38,420 nt of DNA from Nitrospinaceae bacterium (GCA_046754465.1 JBHHVU010000029.1:1-38420); one strand, 5' to 3'; positions 17,552 to 27,044 are shown, counted from the stretch's first letter. Notes: generated from the sequence alone by a model not told the origin. Numbers and translations are program-made.

Positions 17552-17902
17552 TCAATTTTCGACTACCCGGTTCCGGGTGTCGAGAAGAACCACCCGGGGC
17601 ACGAATTTATCCGTTTCGGCATCCATGATACCATAAGCCGCGATTATGATGCGATCATTTAAATGCGCCAAACGGGCGGCAGCGCCGTTGACCGAGATGA
17701 CCCCGCTGCCTCTGGAGCCGGGGATGACATAAGTGATAAACCGGCCGCCAGTGTTGATATTGTAAATATGGACCTGCTCGTAGGGGACGATGCCCACCCG
17801 GTCCATGAGGTCCTCGTCGATTTCGATGCTTCCCTCATAGTCGATCTCGGTGGCGGTTACCCTGGCCCGGTGGAGCTTGGATTTTAACATGATTCGCTGC
17901 AT
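17552..17902 (-). CDS. panD: Aspartate 1-decarboxylase
   Basis: MLKSKLHRARVT, YEG|SI self-cleavage site, NGAAARL. Confidence 0.97.
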   Translation of the reverse strand: MQRIMLKSKLHRARVTATEIDYEGSIEIDEDLMDRVGIVPYEQVHIYNINTGGRFITYVIPGSRGSGVISVNGAAARLAHLNDRIIIAAYGIMDAETDKFVPRVVLLDTRNRVVEN

Positions 17903-18750
17903 TCCGGTCTCCTCACAATACAGTTATCGATCAATCGGGTTTTGCCGATCCTGACCGCGAGGGCGATCAGGGATTTTTCCTGGATTTCATCTTGTTCGAC
18001 AAAACTTTCCGGATCGCAAACGGAGATGTAATCCACATCCGCCCCATTATGATTTTCAATCATTTCACGAATTTCCTCCCGAATCTTCCGTGCCGAATTC
18101 TCGCCCTCCCGAACACGTTGTTTCGCCGTCCGCAGGGCGCGGGAAAGGATGAGGGCCGAGGGCCTTTCTTTTTTGGAAAGGTAGAGGTTGCGGGAACTCA
18201 GGGCCAGTCCGTCCTCTTCCCGCACCAGGGGCAGGCGGCCGATGCGGACGTCCAGGTTCAGGTCGCGGACGAGGGTTTCCACCACCGCCAGTTGCTGCCA
18301 GTCCTTTTCCCCGAAAAAAGCGGTGTGCGGTCGAACGATATTGAACAATTTCAACACCACCGTCGCCACCCCCTTGAAAAAACCCGGACGGCTCCGGCCG
18401 CAGAGATGCCGGGTGATCTCCTCGACCTCCACATAGGTTTGGTATCCTGGGGGATACAGGGTTTCCCGGCCGGGCAGGAACAAAACATCCACTCCCGACG
18501 ATCGCAACTGACCCTGGTCGCCCGCAAGGTCCACCGGATACGTGTCGAGGTCTTCATGGGGTCCGAATTGCAGGGGATTGATGAAAATGCTGACCACGGT
18601 GAAATCGCAAGTGGAGAGCGATTTTTGGACCAGGCTCATGTGTCCCGCGTGCAGCCGGCCCATGGTCGGCACAAGGCCGATGCTTTTCCCGGCAGCGCGG
18701 ACTTCGCCGGAACGTTGTTTCATTTCAGGTATGCCAGTGATGATTTGCAT
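17884..18750 (-). CDS. panC: Pantoate--beta-alanine ligase
   Basis: VPTMGRLHAGH, SIFINPLQF, FGEKDWQQ, GLALSSRN, RLIDN. Confidence 0.98.
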   Translation of the reverse strand: MQIITGIPEMKQRSGEVRAAGKSIGLVPTMGRLHAGHMSLVQKSLSTCDFTVVSIFINPLQFGPHEDLDTYPVDLAGDQGQLRSSGVDVLFLPGRETLYPPGYQTYVEVEEITRHLCGRSRPGFFKGVATVVLKLFNIVRPHTAFFGEKDWQQLAVVETLVRDLNLDVRIGRLPLVREEDGLALSSRNLYLSKKERPSALILSRALRTAKQRVREGENSARKIREEIREMIENHNGADVDYISVCDPESFVEQDEIQEKSLIALAVRIGKTRLIDNCIVRRPECSESC

Positions 18751-18763
18751 GGGATTCAGCCGG

Positions 18764-19624
18764 TCATCCAGCGTTTTTGCCGTCCACCTTTTTCAGGGAT
18801 CCCCGTTTCAGGTGGTAGGAGTGTTCTTCACCGGGAAAGAGGCCGGAACGCACTTCTTCAACATAGTTACCAACAGCGGATTTGATCTGATCGCCCAGTT
18901 CCGCGTAACGTTTGACGAATTTGGGGCAGAAATCCGGGTTCAGCCCCAAAAGATCGTGGATCACGAGGATCTGTCCGTCACAATGGGGACCGGCGCCGAT
19001 GCCGATCGTGGGCACTTTCAGGCTTTCGGTGATCTCGCGGGCGAGTTCGGTGGGAATTCCTTCCAGGACGATGGAAAACACACCGGATTGTTGTAATTCC
19101 GTGGCGTCTCGCTTGATTTGGCGGGCATCGAGGTAGTTTTTCCCCTGCACCCGATAACCGCCGAACTGGTGAACGGATTGGGGCGTGAGCCCGATATGCC
19201 CCATCACGGGAATCCCCGCGCGGACGATGGCTTCCACCCTGGAGGCCATGCGGACGCCCCCTTCCAGTTTTACCGCCGCCGCACCGCCTTCCTGGAGGAA
19301 CCGGCCCGCGTTGGCAACCGCCTGTTCGTCAGACACCTGGTAAGACATGAAAGGCATGTCCCCCACCAGCAGGCTGCGATGGATTCCCCTCCTCACAGCG
19401 CGGGTATGGGCGATCATTTCCTCCAACGTTACCCGCAGGGTATTTTCGTATCCCAGCGACATCATGCCCAGGGAATCGCCTACAAGAATGATGTCGATAT
19501 CGGCCGCGTCGAGGAGCCTCGCGAAACTGTAATCGTAGGCCGTCAATGCGGTGATTTTGCTTTTGCTGTTTTTTTTCCCCAGAATCGAGGGGATGGTGAC
19601 CGGTAAAGTGTCCGAGGGTTTCAT
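18764..19624 (-). CDS. panB: 3-methyl-2-oxobutanoate hydroxymethyltransferase
   Basis: LTAYD, LVGDSLG, DMPFMSY, VKLEGG, GHIGLTPQS, IGIGAG. Confidence 0.98.
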   Translation of the reverse strand: MKPSDTLPVTIPSILGKKNSKSKITALTAYDYSFARLLDAADIDIILVGDSLGMMSLGYENTLRVTLEEMIAHTRAVRRGIHRSLLVGDMPFMSYQVSDEQAVANAGRFLQEGGAAAVKLEGGVRMASRVEAIVRAGIPVMGHIGLTPQSVHQFGGYRVQGKNYLDARQIKRDATELQQSGVFSIVLEGIPTELAREITESLKVPTIGIGAGPHCDGQILVIHDLLGLNPDFCPKFVKRYAELGDQIKSAVGNYVEEVRSGLFPGEEHSYHLKRGSLKKVDGKNAG

Positions 19625-19697
19625 TTCCTATGCATTGGGAAAAGCTGGAACCCGGAAGGAGGAACTGCCCACGGCGGGAGAAAGGGGGATGCGCCCC

Positions 19698-19728
19698 AAA
19701 AAAAAGCCGCCGGCAGGGGGAGGCGGGC
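19698..19728 (-). terminator. Intrinsic terminator/attenuator in the panB leader
   Basis: Minus strand GCCCGCC-TCCCCCTGCC-GGCGGC followed by T8, about 75 nt upstream of the panB ATG. Confidence 0.65.
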
Positions 19729-19833
19729 GCAAGGTGTTTCTGACTGAGTGACTCGAACACAAACCCTCTGATTTGGGGCCTCGCGTGAGGTCCCCTTCCT
19801 GGCTGCGTTCTGCTCTGTTAAGTGATGCTGTCC

Positions 19834-19862
19834 CCGTCCCGGTCCTGTCAGGATCCAAGCGG
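19834..19862 (-). ncRNA. pan RNA motif-like cis-regulatory hairpin
   Basis: CCGCUUGG[A]UCCU-GAC-AGGACCGGG[A]CGG stem with two bulged A residues upstream of panBCD; resembles the pan motif as I recall it (not searched). Confidence 0.7.
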
Positions 19863-20498
19863 ATTATAATATTCTCGTCCTATTCTATGACTGTTGATCT
19901 TTTTTATCAACTCCTCGAAGTCACATTTTTTCTCGACGAAATCGATTTCATTGGTATTGATGACCAGAAGCGGCGTCTCAGAATAATAAAAGAAAAAATT
20001 GTTAAAGGCCTTGTTGACCGCGTCAAGATATTCAAAGTTGATGAAAGCTTCATAATCCCGGTTCCGCTTTTCCACCCGTGCCTGGAGCACCCGGGTATCC
20101 GCCTGAAGGAATATGACCAGATCGGGTTTGGGGATTCGACCCTCGATCAGGTTATAGATTTGCTGGTAGAGCCGCTGTTCATGGCCTTGCAGGTTCAGGT
20201 TGGAGAATACCATGTCCCGTTGGAAGAGATAATCTATGATCACGACGGAATTGAAAAGATCCCTTTGGGCGAGGCTCATGTATTGGTTGTATCGGCTTAA
20301 TAAAAAAAAAATCTGGGTTTGGAAGGCGAAGGAATCCCGGTCCTGGTAAAATTTTTCAATGAAGGGGTTCGCCTCGTCTTTTTCAAGAACCAGGCGGGCG
20401 TCGTACTGCTTTCCCAGGAGATTCGCCAGCGAGGTTTTTCCCGCTCCAATGGCGCCCTCCACGGCAATGAATCTGGGTTCGATCATGGGGTGGGTCAT
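19848..20498 (-). CDS. Deoxynucleoside kinase family protein
   Basis: IAVEGAIGAGKTSL P-loop, FQTQIFFLLSR, PDLVIFLQA, KRNRDYE. Confidence 0.9.
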   Translation of the reverse strand: MTHPMIEPRFIAVEGAIGAGKTSLANLLGKQYDARLVLEKDEANPFIEKFYQDRDSFAFQTQIFFLLSRYNQYMSLAQRDLFNSVVIIDYLFQRDMVFSNLNLQGHEQRLYQQIYNLIEGRIPKPDLVIFLQADTRVLQARVEKRNRDYEAFINFEYLDAVNKAFNNFFFYYSETPLLVINTNEIDFVEKKCDFEELIKKINSHRIGREYYNPLGS

Positions 20499-20588
20499 GG
20501 TTGCAAGAGTTTCCGCCGGTCCCTGTCCGCGGAAAAGCCGTGCCGGTCCGGTTTGAGGGTTCCGTAAAAAAAAAGCCGGTAAAGGCGG

Positions 20589-20954
20589 TCAATCGTTATT
20601 TGGATTCTTGAGGATTTCTTTGATGGTTGTTTTCAGTTCCCGGAGGTCGGCGGATTTAACCACATACGCGTCGGAGGCCCATACCCGAAAATCCTGCTTG
20701 AAACGGCCATAGGCCGAACACAAAATCACGGGAATTTCTCTTTTTTCTTCCTTCAATTTCCTCATGAACTCGATGCCGTCCATCCCGGGCATTTTGATAT
20801 CCAGGGTGATGATATCCGGTTTGCTCTGATTGATTTTATCCATGGCGTCTTCGGCCGTCGAGGCCAGGGTGACTTGGTAACCCTCGTCTTCCAGTTCTTC
20901 CTTATAAAGAAGCCGAATATTTTCTTCATCGTCTATCACCAGCACTTTTTTCAT
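20589..20954 (-). CDS. Single-domain response regulator
   Basis: VLVIDDE, LDIKMPGMDG, VILCSAY, DAYVVKS; GGAGAGG RBS. Confidence 0.92.
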   Translation of the reverse strand: MKKVLVIDDEENIRLLYKEELEDEGYQVTLASTAEDAMDKINQSKPDIITLDIKMPGMDGIEFMRKLKEEKREIPVILCSAYGRFKQDFRVWASDAYVVKSADLRELKTTIKEILKNPNND

Positions 20955-21061
20955 GGTCCTCTCCCCGCGGATTAAAAAGGGTGACTCCACGATCCTCGTC
21001 CTTTTTCGTAATACCCAGGTTACTGGAAAGACTTAAGGATGTTTCTCCAGAGGCAGGACTT

Positions 21062-22972
21062 CTAATTTTTATAATAATCGGGAATATTTTGCAACGGTAA
21101 ATGGATATAGACCGTCACTCCATGGCCGATATGGTTTTCGACGCGAATGGTGCCGCCATGGTTTTCAATGATTTTGCGGCAGATGGATAATCCCAGCCCG
21201 GTGCCGGAGGATTTCGTGGTGAAAAACGGATTGAAAATGTTCGCGAAAATTTCCTGGGGAATGCCTCCTCCGGTATCTTCCAGGCAAACGGTGACCACAT
21301 TTTGACCGCCCACGTATTCCTCGTTGGAGCTTTTCACCGTGATGTCTCCTCCCAGGGTCATCGATTCCATGGCGTTATAAAAGAGGTTGATCAAAACCTG
21401 CTTCACCTTGGGTTGGTCGAGAAACAGGGGCGCGACGTCGTCCGCCAATTCACGGTGCAGGTGGATGCTTTTTCCGTAAAAGCCGGATTTGAAAAGGGAA
21501 ATGACCTCTTCAAGAATATCATTGATGTTGCATTCCTCGCGCTCCAGGGTTCCGGCCTTGGAATAAAACAGAATGTTCTTCAAAAGCTTCTCCATGCGGT
21601 CCACCTCCGCGGTAATGATGTTGGAGTAATGCGCCACATCTTTCAGTCCGCTCTCGGTGCCGGATGCCGTGGAAATATTTTTGATCTTGTTCTGCAGCCT
21701 CCGGGCAAACCCGCCAATGGAGACCAGTGGATTTTTGATTTCGTGCGCCACTTCCGCCGATATTTCCCCTAGCGCCGCCAGTTTTTCCGACTGGACCAAC
21801 TGCTCCTTGGTGGTGAGCAGTTCCCGGTTGGTGTCCAGCAGTTTGGTAAACAGCCGGGAATTTTCGATCACCCAACTCGCATGGGTGGCGAACCGCGTCA
21901 ACAGACGTAACTGTTCCTCGGTGATGGGTTTGCGGTTGTACCGGTTATCCACCAGAATGACCCCAAGAACCTCCTTGTGGGCGATCAGGGGAACGGTTGC
22001 GAAGGCGTTGACGCCTATGGCCTCGATAAAGGCATTGTCCACGAGGGGATGGTGTTTTGCGTCGATCACGTTGAACGATTTCTTTTGAATCACCGTTTCG
22101 ACCAAAACGTTCTTCCCGGGTTGAAGGGGAAAACTCAAGCCGCGCACGAATTGGTTGAAGGCTGAATTCTTGTATTCGTCCTTGTCCGATTCCTGAATCA
22201 CCCACTGGAGAATATTTTTTTTCTTGCGGCCCCATTCGGCCCAGATGCGGAACGCATCTTCCGGGGAATTCGGGCCCAGACCCAGGGTCCCCCGCAGGGT
22301 TTGCGTTTTCTCGTTAATGATGAATACCATGGCGCGGTTGAATCCCCCCGCCTCGCCCATGGTGATGCCGCTCAGGATGATCCAAAGTCCATGCTCCAGT
22401 TTGAGGGTGGTCTGGACCGCCATGCTGATGTCATAAAGGATCGTTTGTTCCTTCAAAAGCATCTGGCTTTTGCTGTACAACATGGCGTTGCGGATGCAGC
22501 CGGACACCTGGTTGGAAATGGTCTCCATGATCGAGATCTCGGAGGGATTGAATTCTCTCCGCTCGAGGGTGTGAACATTGATCACCCCGATGCAAAGATC
22601 GTTGATGATGAGGGGAACCGACAACATGGATTTGAATTTTTCCTCCTCGATTTCGGGAAAATAAACAAATCGGGGATCTTCCGGGGCATCGCTCAGGGCC
22701 AGGGTGGTTTTGTTTTGGGCCACCCATCCCGTGACCCCCTTGCCGATTTCCAGTTTTATGGTGGTGGAGGTTTCGGGGGGCAGGCCGCTAGCGGCTTTCA
22801 TGTGAAAATATTTTCCTTTTTCATCGGTCAGGAAAATTCCACAGGCGTCGATGGACATTTTATTCTTGACCACCTGGATGATCCGGTCCAGCGTCTCCTC
22901 CAAATCCAGCGTGGAATTAGCGATGCGCGTGACTTCCTGGAGAATTTCCAATCCCAGTTGGTTCTCTAACAC
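21062..22972 (-). CDS. Cytoplasmic GAF-GAF sensor histidine kinase
   Basis: Two GAF domains, AHEIKNPL H-box, QVLINLFYNA, DTGGGI, FFTTK, GTGLGL; GTG start overlaps glgA stop. Confidence 0.93.
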   Translation of the reverse strand: MLENQLGLEILQEVTRIANSTLDLEETLDRIIQVVKNKMSIDACGIFLTDEKGKYFHMKAASGLPPETSTTIKLEIGKGVTGWVAQNKTTLALSDAPEDPRFVYFPEIEEEKFKSMLSVPLIINDLCIGVINVHTLERREFNPSEISIMETISNQVSGCIRNAMLYSKSQMLLKEQTILYDISMAVQTTLKLEHGLWIILSGITMGEAGGFNRAMVFIINEKTQTLRGTLGLGPNSPEDAFRIWAEWGRKKKNILQWVIQESDKDEYKNSAFNQFVRGLSFPLQPGKNVLVETVIQKKSFNVIDAKHHPLVDNAFIEAIGVNAFATVPLIAHKEVLGVILVDNRYNRKPITEEQLRLLTRFATHASWVIENSRLFTKLLDTNRELLTTKEQLVQSEKLAALGEISAEVAHEIKNPLVSIGGFARRLQNKIKNISTASGTESGLKDVAHYSNIITAEVDRMEKLLKNILFYSKAGTLEREECNINDILEEVISLFKSGFYGKSIHLHRELADDVAPLFLDQPKVKQVLINLFYNAMESMTLGGDITVKSSNEEYVGGQNVVTVCLEDTGGGIPQEIFANIFNPFFTTKSSGTGLGLSICRKIIENHGGTIRVENHIGHGVTVYIHLPLQNIPDYYKN

Positions 22973-24438
22973 GAAGGATCACCTCTCAAGACTTTGAAAT
23001 ACAAACGGGTGTATTTCCCGGCGGCACGGTCCCAACTGTAATCCGCCTCCATTCCATTCAACATCAGGCGGTGCCAGCAGGGTTTGTTTTTATAAATAAA
23101 TAATGCCTTTTGCACCGTTTTAAGTAAATGGTTAATTTCGAAATGTTTGAATTTAAAACCGGTCCCCTTTCGGGTCGTGTGATTGAAGGTTTTGATCGAG
23201 TCGTGCAATCCACCCACCGCCCGTACCACCGGAGCGGTCCCATATTTCAAGGCATACATCTGGGTGAGACCGCAAGGTTCGTACTGTGAGGGCATCAGGA
23301 GGATATCGCTGCCCGCTAGAATCTGGTGGGCCAGGGGTTCATCGAACCCGATGACCGTGGCGCATTGGCCGGGAAAACGTTTGCTCATATCCAGGAAAAA
23401 ATGCTCGTATAAGGAATCCCCTGAACCCAGGATTATGAATGCCGCGCCCGCGCCGAGAAGGGGTTCCATGGCCCCCATGAGCAGATCGATCCCCTTTTGA
23501 CTCGACAGGCGCGTGATCATGGACAAGATCGGTGATTTCCCGTTGTCCGGCAAGGAGAACCGCCGGACCAGACTTTTTTTGCATGCCCGTTTCCCTTTCA
23601 AATTCTCCAGGCCATAATTCTTTTCGATCCAAGGGTCCACCTCCGGATTCCATTCCTTGTAATCGACGCCGTTCAGTATCCCGTATAGGCGATCCGACCG
23701 GTACCGTAAAACCCCGTCCATTCCAAATCCAAACTTTGGAGTTTGAATTTCCCGGCTGTAGGTCCGGCTGACGGTGGTCAGGAGGTCCGCGTACATCAAC
23801 CCGGACTTCAGAAAGCTGAACCGATCGAAAAATTCCACTCCATCGGGGGTGAAAAGTTTGTCGGGCAGCCCCGCGTCCTTCAGGGCGGAGGGGGGAAAAT
23901 TCCCCTGGTATCCCAGGTTGTGGATCGAAAAAACGGTGCGGGTGGACTCGAACCACCGGTCCTTGGAATAAAGCGTTTTCAGATAAATCGGGACCAATCC
24001 GGTCTGCCAGTCATTGCAATGCAGGATGTCCGGATGGAACCCGAGGGCTTTGCAGGTTTCCAGGATCGCCCGGCAAAAGAAGATGAATCGGCGGGCGTTG
24101 TCCGGATAATCGCCTTTCCGGTCCCCATAAAGATGGTCACGGTCATAATAGGTGTCGTTTCCGACAAGATAGAGAGGAACCTTGTCCCGTAGTTTGCCCT
24201 GAAACAAAAAGCCCGTTTGCCGGCGTCCGGCGACGGGGATGCGGATGTCCGCTCCCGTGGGATGAAAACTCAAGCGTGATTCCGCGACGCATTTATATTT
24301 GGGCATGATGACCCGGACATCGTGTCCCCTGTCATGCAAGGCCAGGGGAAGCGATCCGGAAATGTCGCCAAGGCCGCCGGTTTTGGCATAGGGGAAAACC
24401 TCCGGCGAGGCGAAGAGAATCTTGAGTTTTCGAGCCAT
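22966..24438 (-). CDS. glgA: Glycogen synthase
   Basis: KTGGLGD, HCNDWQTG, IHNLGYQG, GILNGVD, PSQYEPCGLTQMYA. Confidence 0.97.
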   Translation of the reverse strand: MARKLKILFASPEVFPYAKTGGLGDISGSLPLALHDRGHDVRVIMPKYKCVAESRLSFHPTGADIRIPVAGRRQTGFLFQGKLRDKVPLYLVGNDTYYDRDHLYGDRKGDYPDNARRFIFFCRAILETCKALGFHPDILHCNDWQTGLVPIYLKTLYSKDRWFESTRTVFSIHNLGYQGNFPPSALKDAGLPDKLFTPDGVEFFDRFSFLKSGLMYADLLTTVSRTYSREIQTPKFGFGMDGVLRYRSDRLYGILNGVDYKEWNPEVDPWIEKNYGLENLKGKRACKKSLVRRFSLPDNGKSPILSMITRLSSQKGIDLLMGAMEPLLGAGAAFIILGSGDSLYEHFFLDMSKRFPGQCATVIGFDEPLAHQILAGSDILLMPSQYEPCGLTQMYALKYGTAPVVRAVGGLHDSIKTFNHTTRKGTGFKFKHFEINHLLKTVQKALFIYKNKPCWHRLMLNGMEADYSWDRAAGKYTRLYFKVLRGDPSC

Positions 24439-24452
24439 TCTTCAGAGCCGGG

Positions 24453-25451
24453 TTATATCTTGGTGTTTCGGAGGGTCTCCGCGGCGATTTCCGGCAGAGT
24501 GGGGTTGATGTAAAATCCCGTCCCCTGTTCGAATCCTGCCAGTTTGGTCAATTTGGGCATGATTTCAAGGTGCCAGTGATACTGCTTGTCGTGATCCCCG
24601 TTGACGGGTGAGGTGTGCAGCACGATATTATAGGGCGGTTCCCCCAGGGCAATCCGCATACGAATCAGCGACTCTTTCAACAGGCTCGCCAGTTGGGAAA
24701 AATCCTCCGCCTGACAGTCCTCGAAACGGGCCGAGTGAAATTGTGGCAGGATCCACATTTCGAAGGGAAATCTCGGCGCGTAGGGACACAGGGTGATAAA
24801 CCGGCCGTTCTGGATGACTATGCGGCGTCCGTCTCCCTTTTCCTGAGCGATCAGGTCGCAAAAAATACACCGTTCCTTGTATTCGAAATGCCTCCGCGCG
24901 CCGGTGATTTCATCGCGGACGAGCTGAGGGATAATGGGAAGCGCGATCAATTGGCTGTGGGTGTGCTCCAGGGTCGCGCCCGCCGCCTCCCCCTGGTTTT
25001 TGAAGATCAGAATGTACCGGAACCGCGAATCCTTTTTCAGGTCCTCCATTCTTAACTTGAACGCCCAAAGGCAATCTTCCAGAGCCCGGTCCGAAAGCAG
25101 GTCTAGCTCCGCTTCATGGTCCGGCGATTCGATAATGACCTCATGGGCTCCGACCCCGTTCATTTTGTCGTACATGCCTTCCCCCACCCGCCCCATCTCT
25201 CCCTCCACCTTCAGGGCGGGAAACTTGTTGGGCACCACGCGCAACGTCCACCCCGGGGAATTCGGAGAGGAATCGTCCGGACGAAACGCCATAATTTCCG
25301 CGGGGGTGTTTTTCTCATTTCCCTGACAAAACGGGCAAAGACCCCGGTGAACCTTTTTTCCGGATTTGGGGAAATCCTGGGGCCGTTCCGCGCGCTCGGT
25401 GGAGATGATGACCCAGCGATTAACAATCGGGTCTTTTCTGAGTTCGGGCAT
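24453..25451 (-). CDS. galT: Galactose-1-phosphate uridylyltransferase-family (GalT-like) nucleotidyltransferase
   Basis: ELRKDP, CPFC, VVPNKFP, GAHEVIIES, HTHSQ (HxHxQ), YHWHLEI. Confidence 0.9.
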   Translation of the reverse strand: MPELRKDPIVNRWVIISTERAERPQDFPKSGKKVHRGLCPFCQGNEKNTPAEIMAFRPDDSSPNSPGWTLRVVPNKFPALKVEGEMGRVGEGMYDKMNGVGAHEVIIESPDHEAELDLLSDRALEDCLWAFKLRMEDLKKDSRFRYILIFKNQGEAAGATLEHTHSQLIALPIIPQLVRDEITGARRHFEYKERCIFCDLIAQEKGDGRRIVIQNGRFITLCPYAPRFPFEMWILPQFHSARFEDCQAEDFSQLASLLKESLIRMRIALGEPPYNIVLHTSPVNGDHDKQYHWHLEIMPKLTKLAGFEQGTGFYINPTLPEIAAETLRNTKI

Positions 25452-25516
25452 GGAAGTCCGTTTTCCGCGGGCGCCTTGGATGCGGCAATGGGGTGGTTAA
25501 TGAAAAATTCGTCTCA

Positions 25517-25545
25517 ATACTAAGCAAAGGCCGGAGGATTGTCAA
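25517..25545 (-). promoter_or_regulatory. sigma70 promoter of the galT-glgA operon
   Basis: Minus strand TTGACA-17bp-TAGTAT. Confidence 0.6.
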
Positions 25546-25595
25546 ACCGGCTCTGGTTCCGGCCTGGCACCTCTTGCGGGGACCGGGGAATTGCG

Positions 25596-25624
25596 TTGAA
25601 CCTTCAGGAATTAAATCCTATAAT
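25596..25624 (+). promoter_or_regulatory. sigma70 promoter of coaBC
   Basis: TTGAAC-17bp-TATAAT. Confidence 0.6.
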
Positions 25625-25751
25625 CGATTGAATCCATGCTGTTAGCAATGAGAATGCCTGGAGGGCAAAACACGGTCCCCATGGTATTGACCCCGTCTGG
25701 AAAGGAAATCCTCAGTCACCAGGCTTGGGAGTCACCGGGAGGTTCTTGGAG

Positions 25752-26966
25752 ATGTCCGATACTTTAAAAGGGAAGAAAATTGTTCTTGGCGTTTCGGGCG
25801 GGATAGCCGCGTACAAGGCCGTTGAGTTGTTGCGTCTTTTACAGGGAGAGGGGGCGGATGTCTATGTGGTCATGAGCGCCAACGCCAAACGATTCGTGAC
25901 GCCGTTGACTTTCGAGGCCCTGTCCGGCCTTCCGGTTTACCATGAAGTGTTCGGTTCGCGGGATTCGGCTTCCATGGAGCATATCCGGACGGCGGAAAAC
26001 GCCGATCTTCTGGTGGTGGCGCCGGCGACCGCGGGGTCCATCGGTAAAATGGCCGCCGGCCTGGCCGATGACCCTCTTTCCAACCTGTTTGTCGCGTTTC
26101 GGGGACCGGTACTGATTGCTCCGGCCATGAACGACGGGATGTACGCCAACCCGGCGGTGCGAGAAAACATCGAAAAAATGAAAAAGCGCGGCATCCGGTT
26201 CGTGGATCCGGAACACGGGGAACTGGCTTGCGGGACGATGGGGCAGGGCAGGCTGGCCGAACCCCCGCGCATCCTCGAGGCGGTCAGGTTGCATCTTGAA
26301 AGGCGCGAAGATCTCGTCTCATTGAGTATCCTGGTCACCGCCGGTCCCACCCATGAACCCCTCGATCCGGTGCGCTACCTCAGCAATCCTTCCTCCGGGA
26401 AAATGGGATTCGCCGTCGCGGAGCAGGCCTTCCTTCGGGGCGCCGATGTGACCCTTGTCAGCGGTCCCACGCACCTCGTTCCGCCGGAGGGGGTGCGTTT
26501 TCTCCCGTGCCGGACAACCGATGAAATAAACACACTCGTGCGGAGGCATTTTCCCGAATGCGATGTCCTCGTCATGGCGGCGGCGGTGGGAGATTTCGCA
26601 CCGGAACAGGTAAGCAAGGAAAAGATCAAGAAGAAAGGGAATGAACCCCTGGTCCTCCGCTTGCGGCCCACCCCGGATATTCTCCAGGGATTGGCGGAAA
26701 TCAAAACCCACCAGTTCGTGGTGGGCTTTGCCGCCGAATCGGAAAATGTGATTCAAAGCGCCCGGGAAAAGCTGAAGAGGAAAAAACTCGATATGATCGT
26801 CGCGAACGATATCAGCGCCCCCGGCATCGGGTTCCGGTCCGATGTCAACCAGGTGACCCTGATCGACAAGGACGGGAAATTGGAACAACTGCCCCGCTTG
26901 CCGAAACGGGAAATCGCCGATATCCTCCTGGATCGACTCCCCCCAAGGGGTCAAGTCTCCGCTTGA
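25752..26966 (+). CDS. coaBC: Phosphopantothenoylcysteine decarboxylase/ligase
   Basis: GVSGGIAAYKA, APAMN, GELACG, VTAGPTHEPLDPVRYLSNPSSGKMG, VGFAAES. Confidence 0.97.
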   Translation: MSDTLKGKKIVLGVSGGIAAYKAVELLRLLQGEGADVYVVMSANAKRFVTPLTFEALSGLPVYHEVFGSRDSASMEHIRTAENADLLVVAPATAGSIGKMAAGLADDPLSNLFVAFRGPVLIAPAMNDGMYANPAVRENIEKMKKRGIRFVDPEHGELACGTMGQGRLAEPPRILEAVRLHLERREDLVSLSILVTAGPTHEPLDPVRYLSNPSSGKMGFAVAEQAFLRGADVTLVSGPTHLVPPEGVRFLPCRTTDEINTLVRRHFPECDVLVMAAAVGDFAPEQVSKEKIKKKGNEPLVLRLRPTPDILQGLAEIKTHQFVVGFAAESENVIQSAREKLKRKKLDMIVANDISAPGIGFRSDVNQVTLIDKDGKLEQLPRLPKREIADILLDRLPPRGQVSA

Positions 26967-27036
26967 CTTCATCTCAATAATCCCGCCCGAAAGGGGCAGG
27001 AGCCTGCTAATGGGTGACCCCTTTGTGACCCCTTTG
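26945..27036. repeat. Short element bounded by AAGGGGTCA/TGACCCCTT inverted repeats, right end duplicated
   Basis: AAGGGGTCA at 26945; GTGACCCCTTTG twice with an 11-bp period (27014-27036). Confidence 0.45.
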
Positions 27037-27044
27037 AATGTAAA

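Noticed and set aside
19628..19858. 76-aa ORF as a panB leader peptide
   Set aside because: TTG start inside the dNK gene with no RBS; it runs through the terminator and has no informative composition
20566..20586. Terminator after the receiver gene
   Set aside because: A T9 tract is present on the minus strand but the stem is only 3 bp; too weak to call
25565..25578. sigma54 promoter TGGCAC...TTGC upstream of coaBC
   Set aside because: Spacing is 2 nt too short; a good sigma70 promoter lies just downstream
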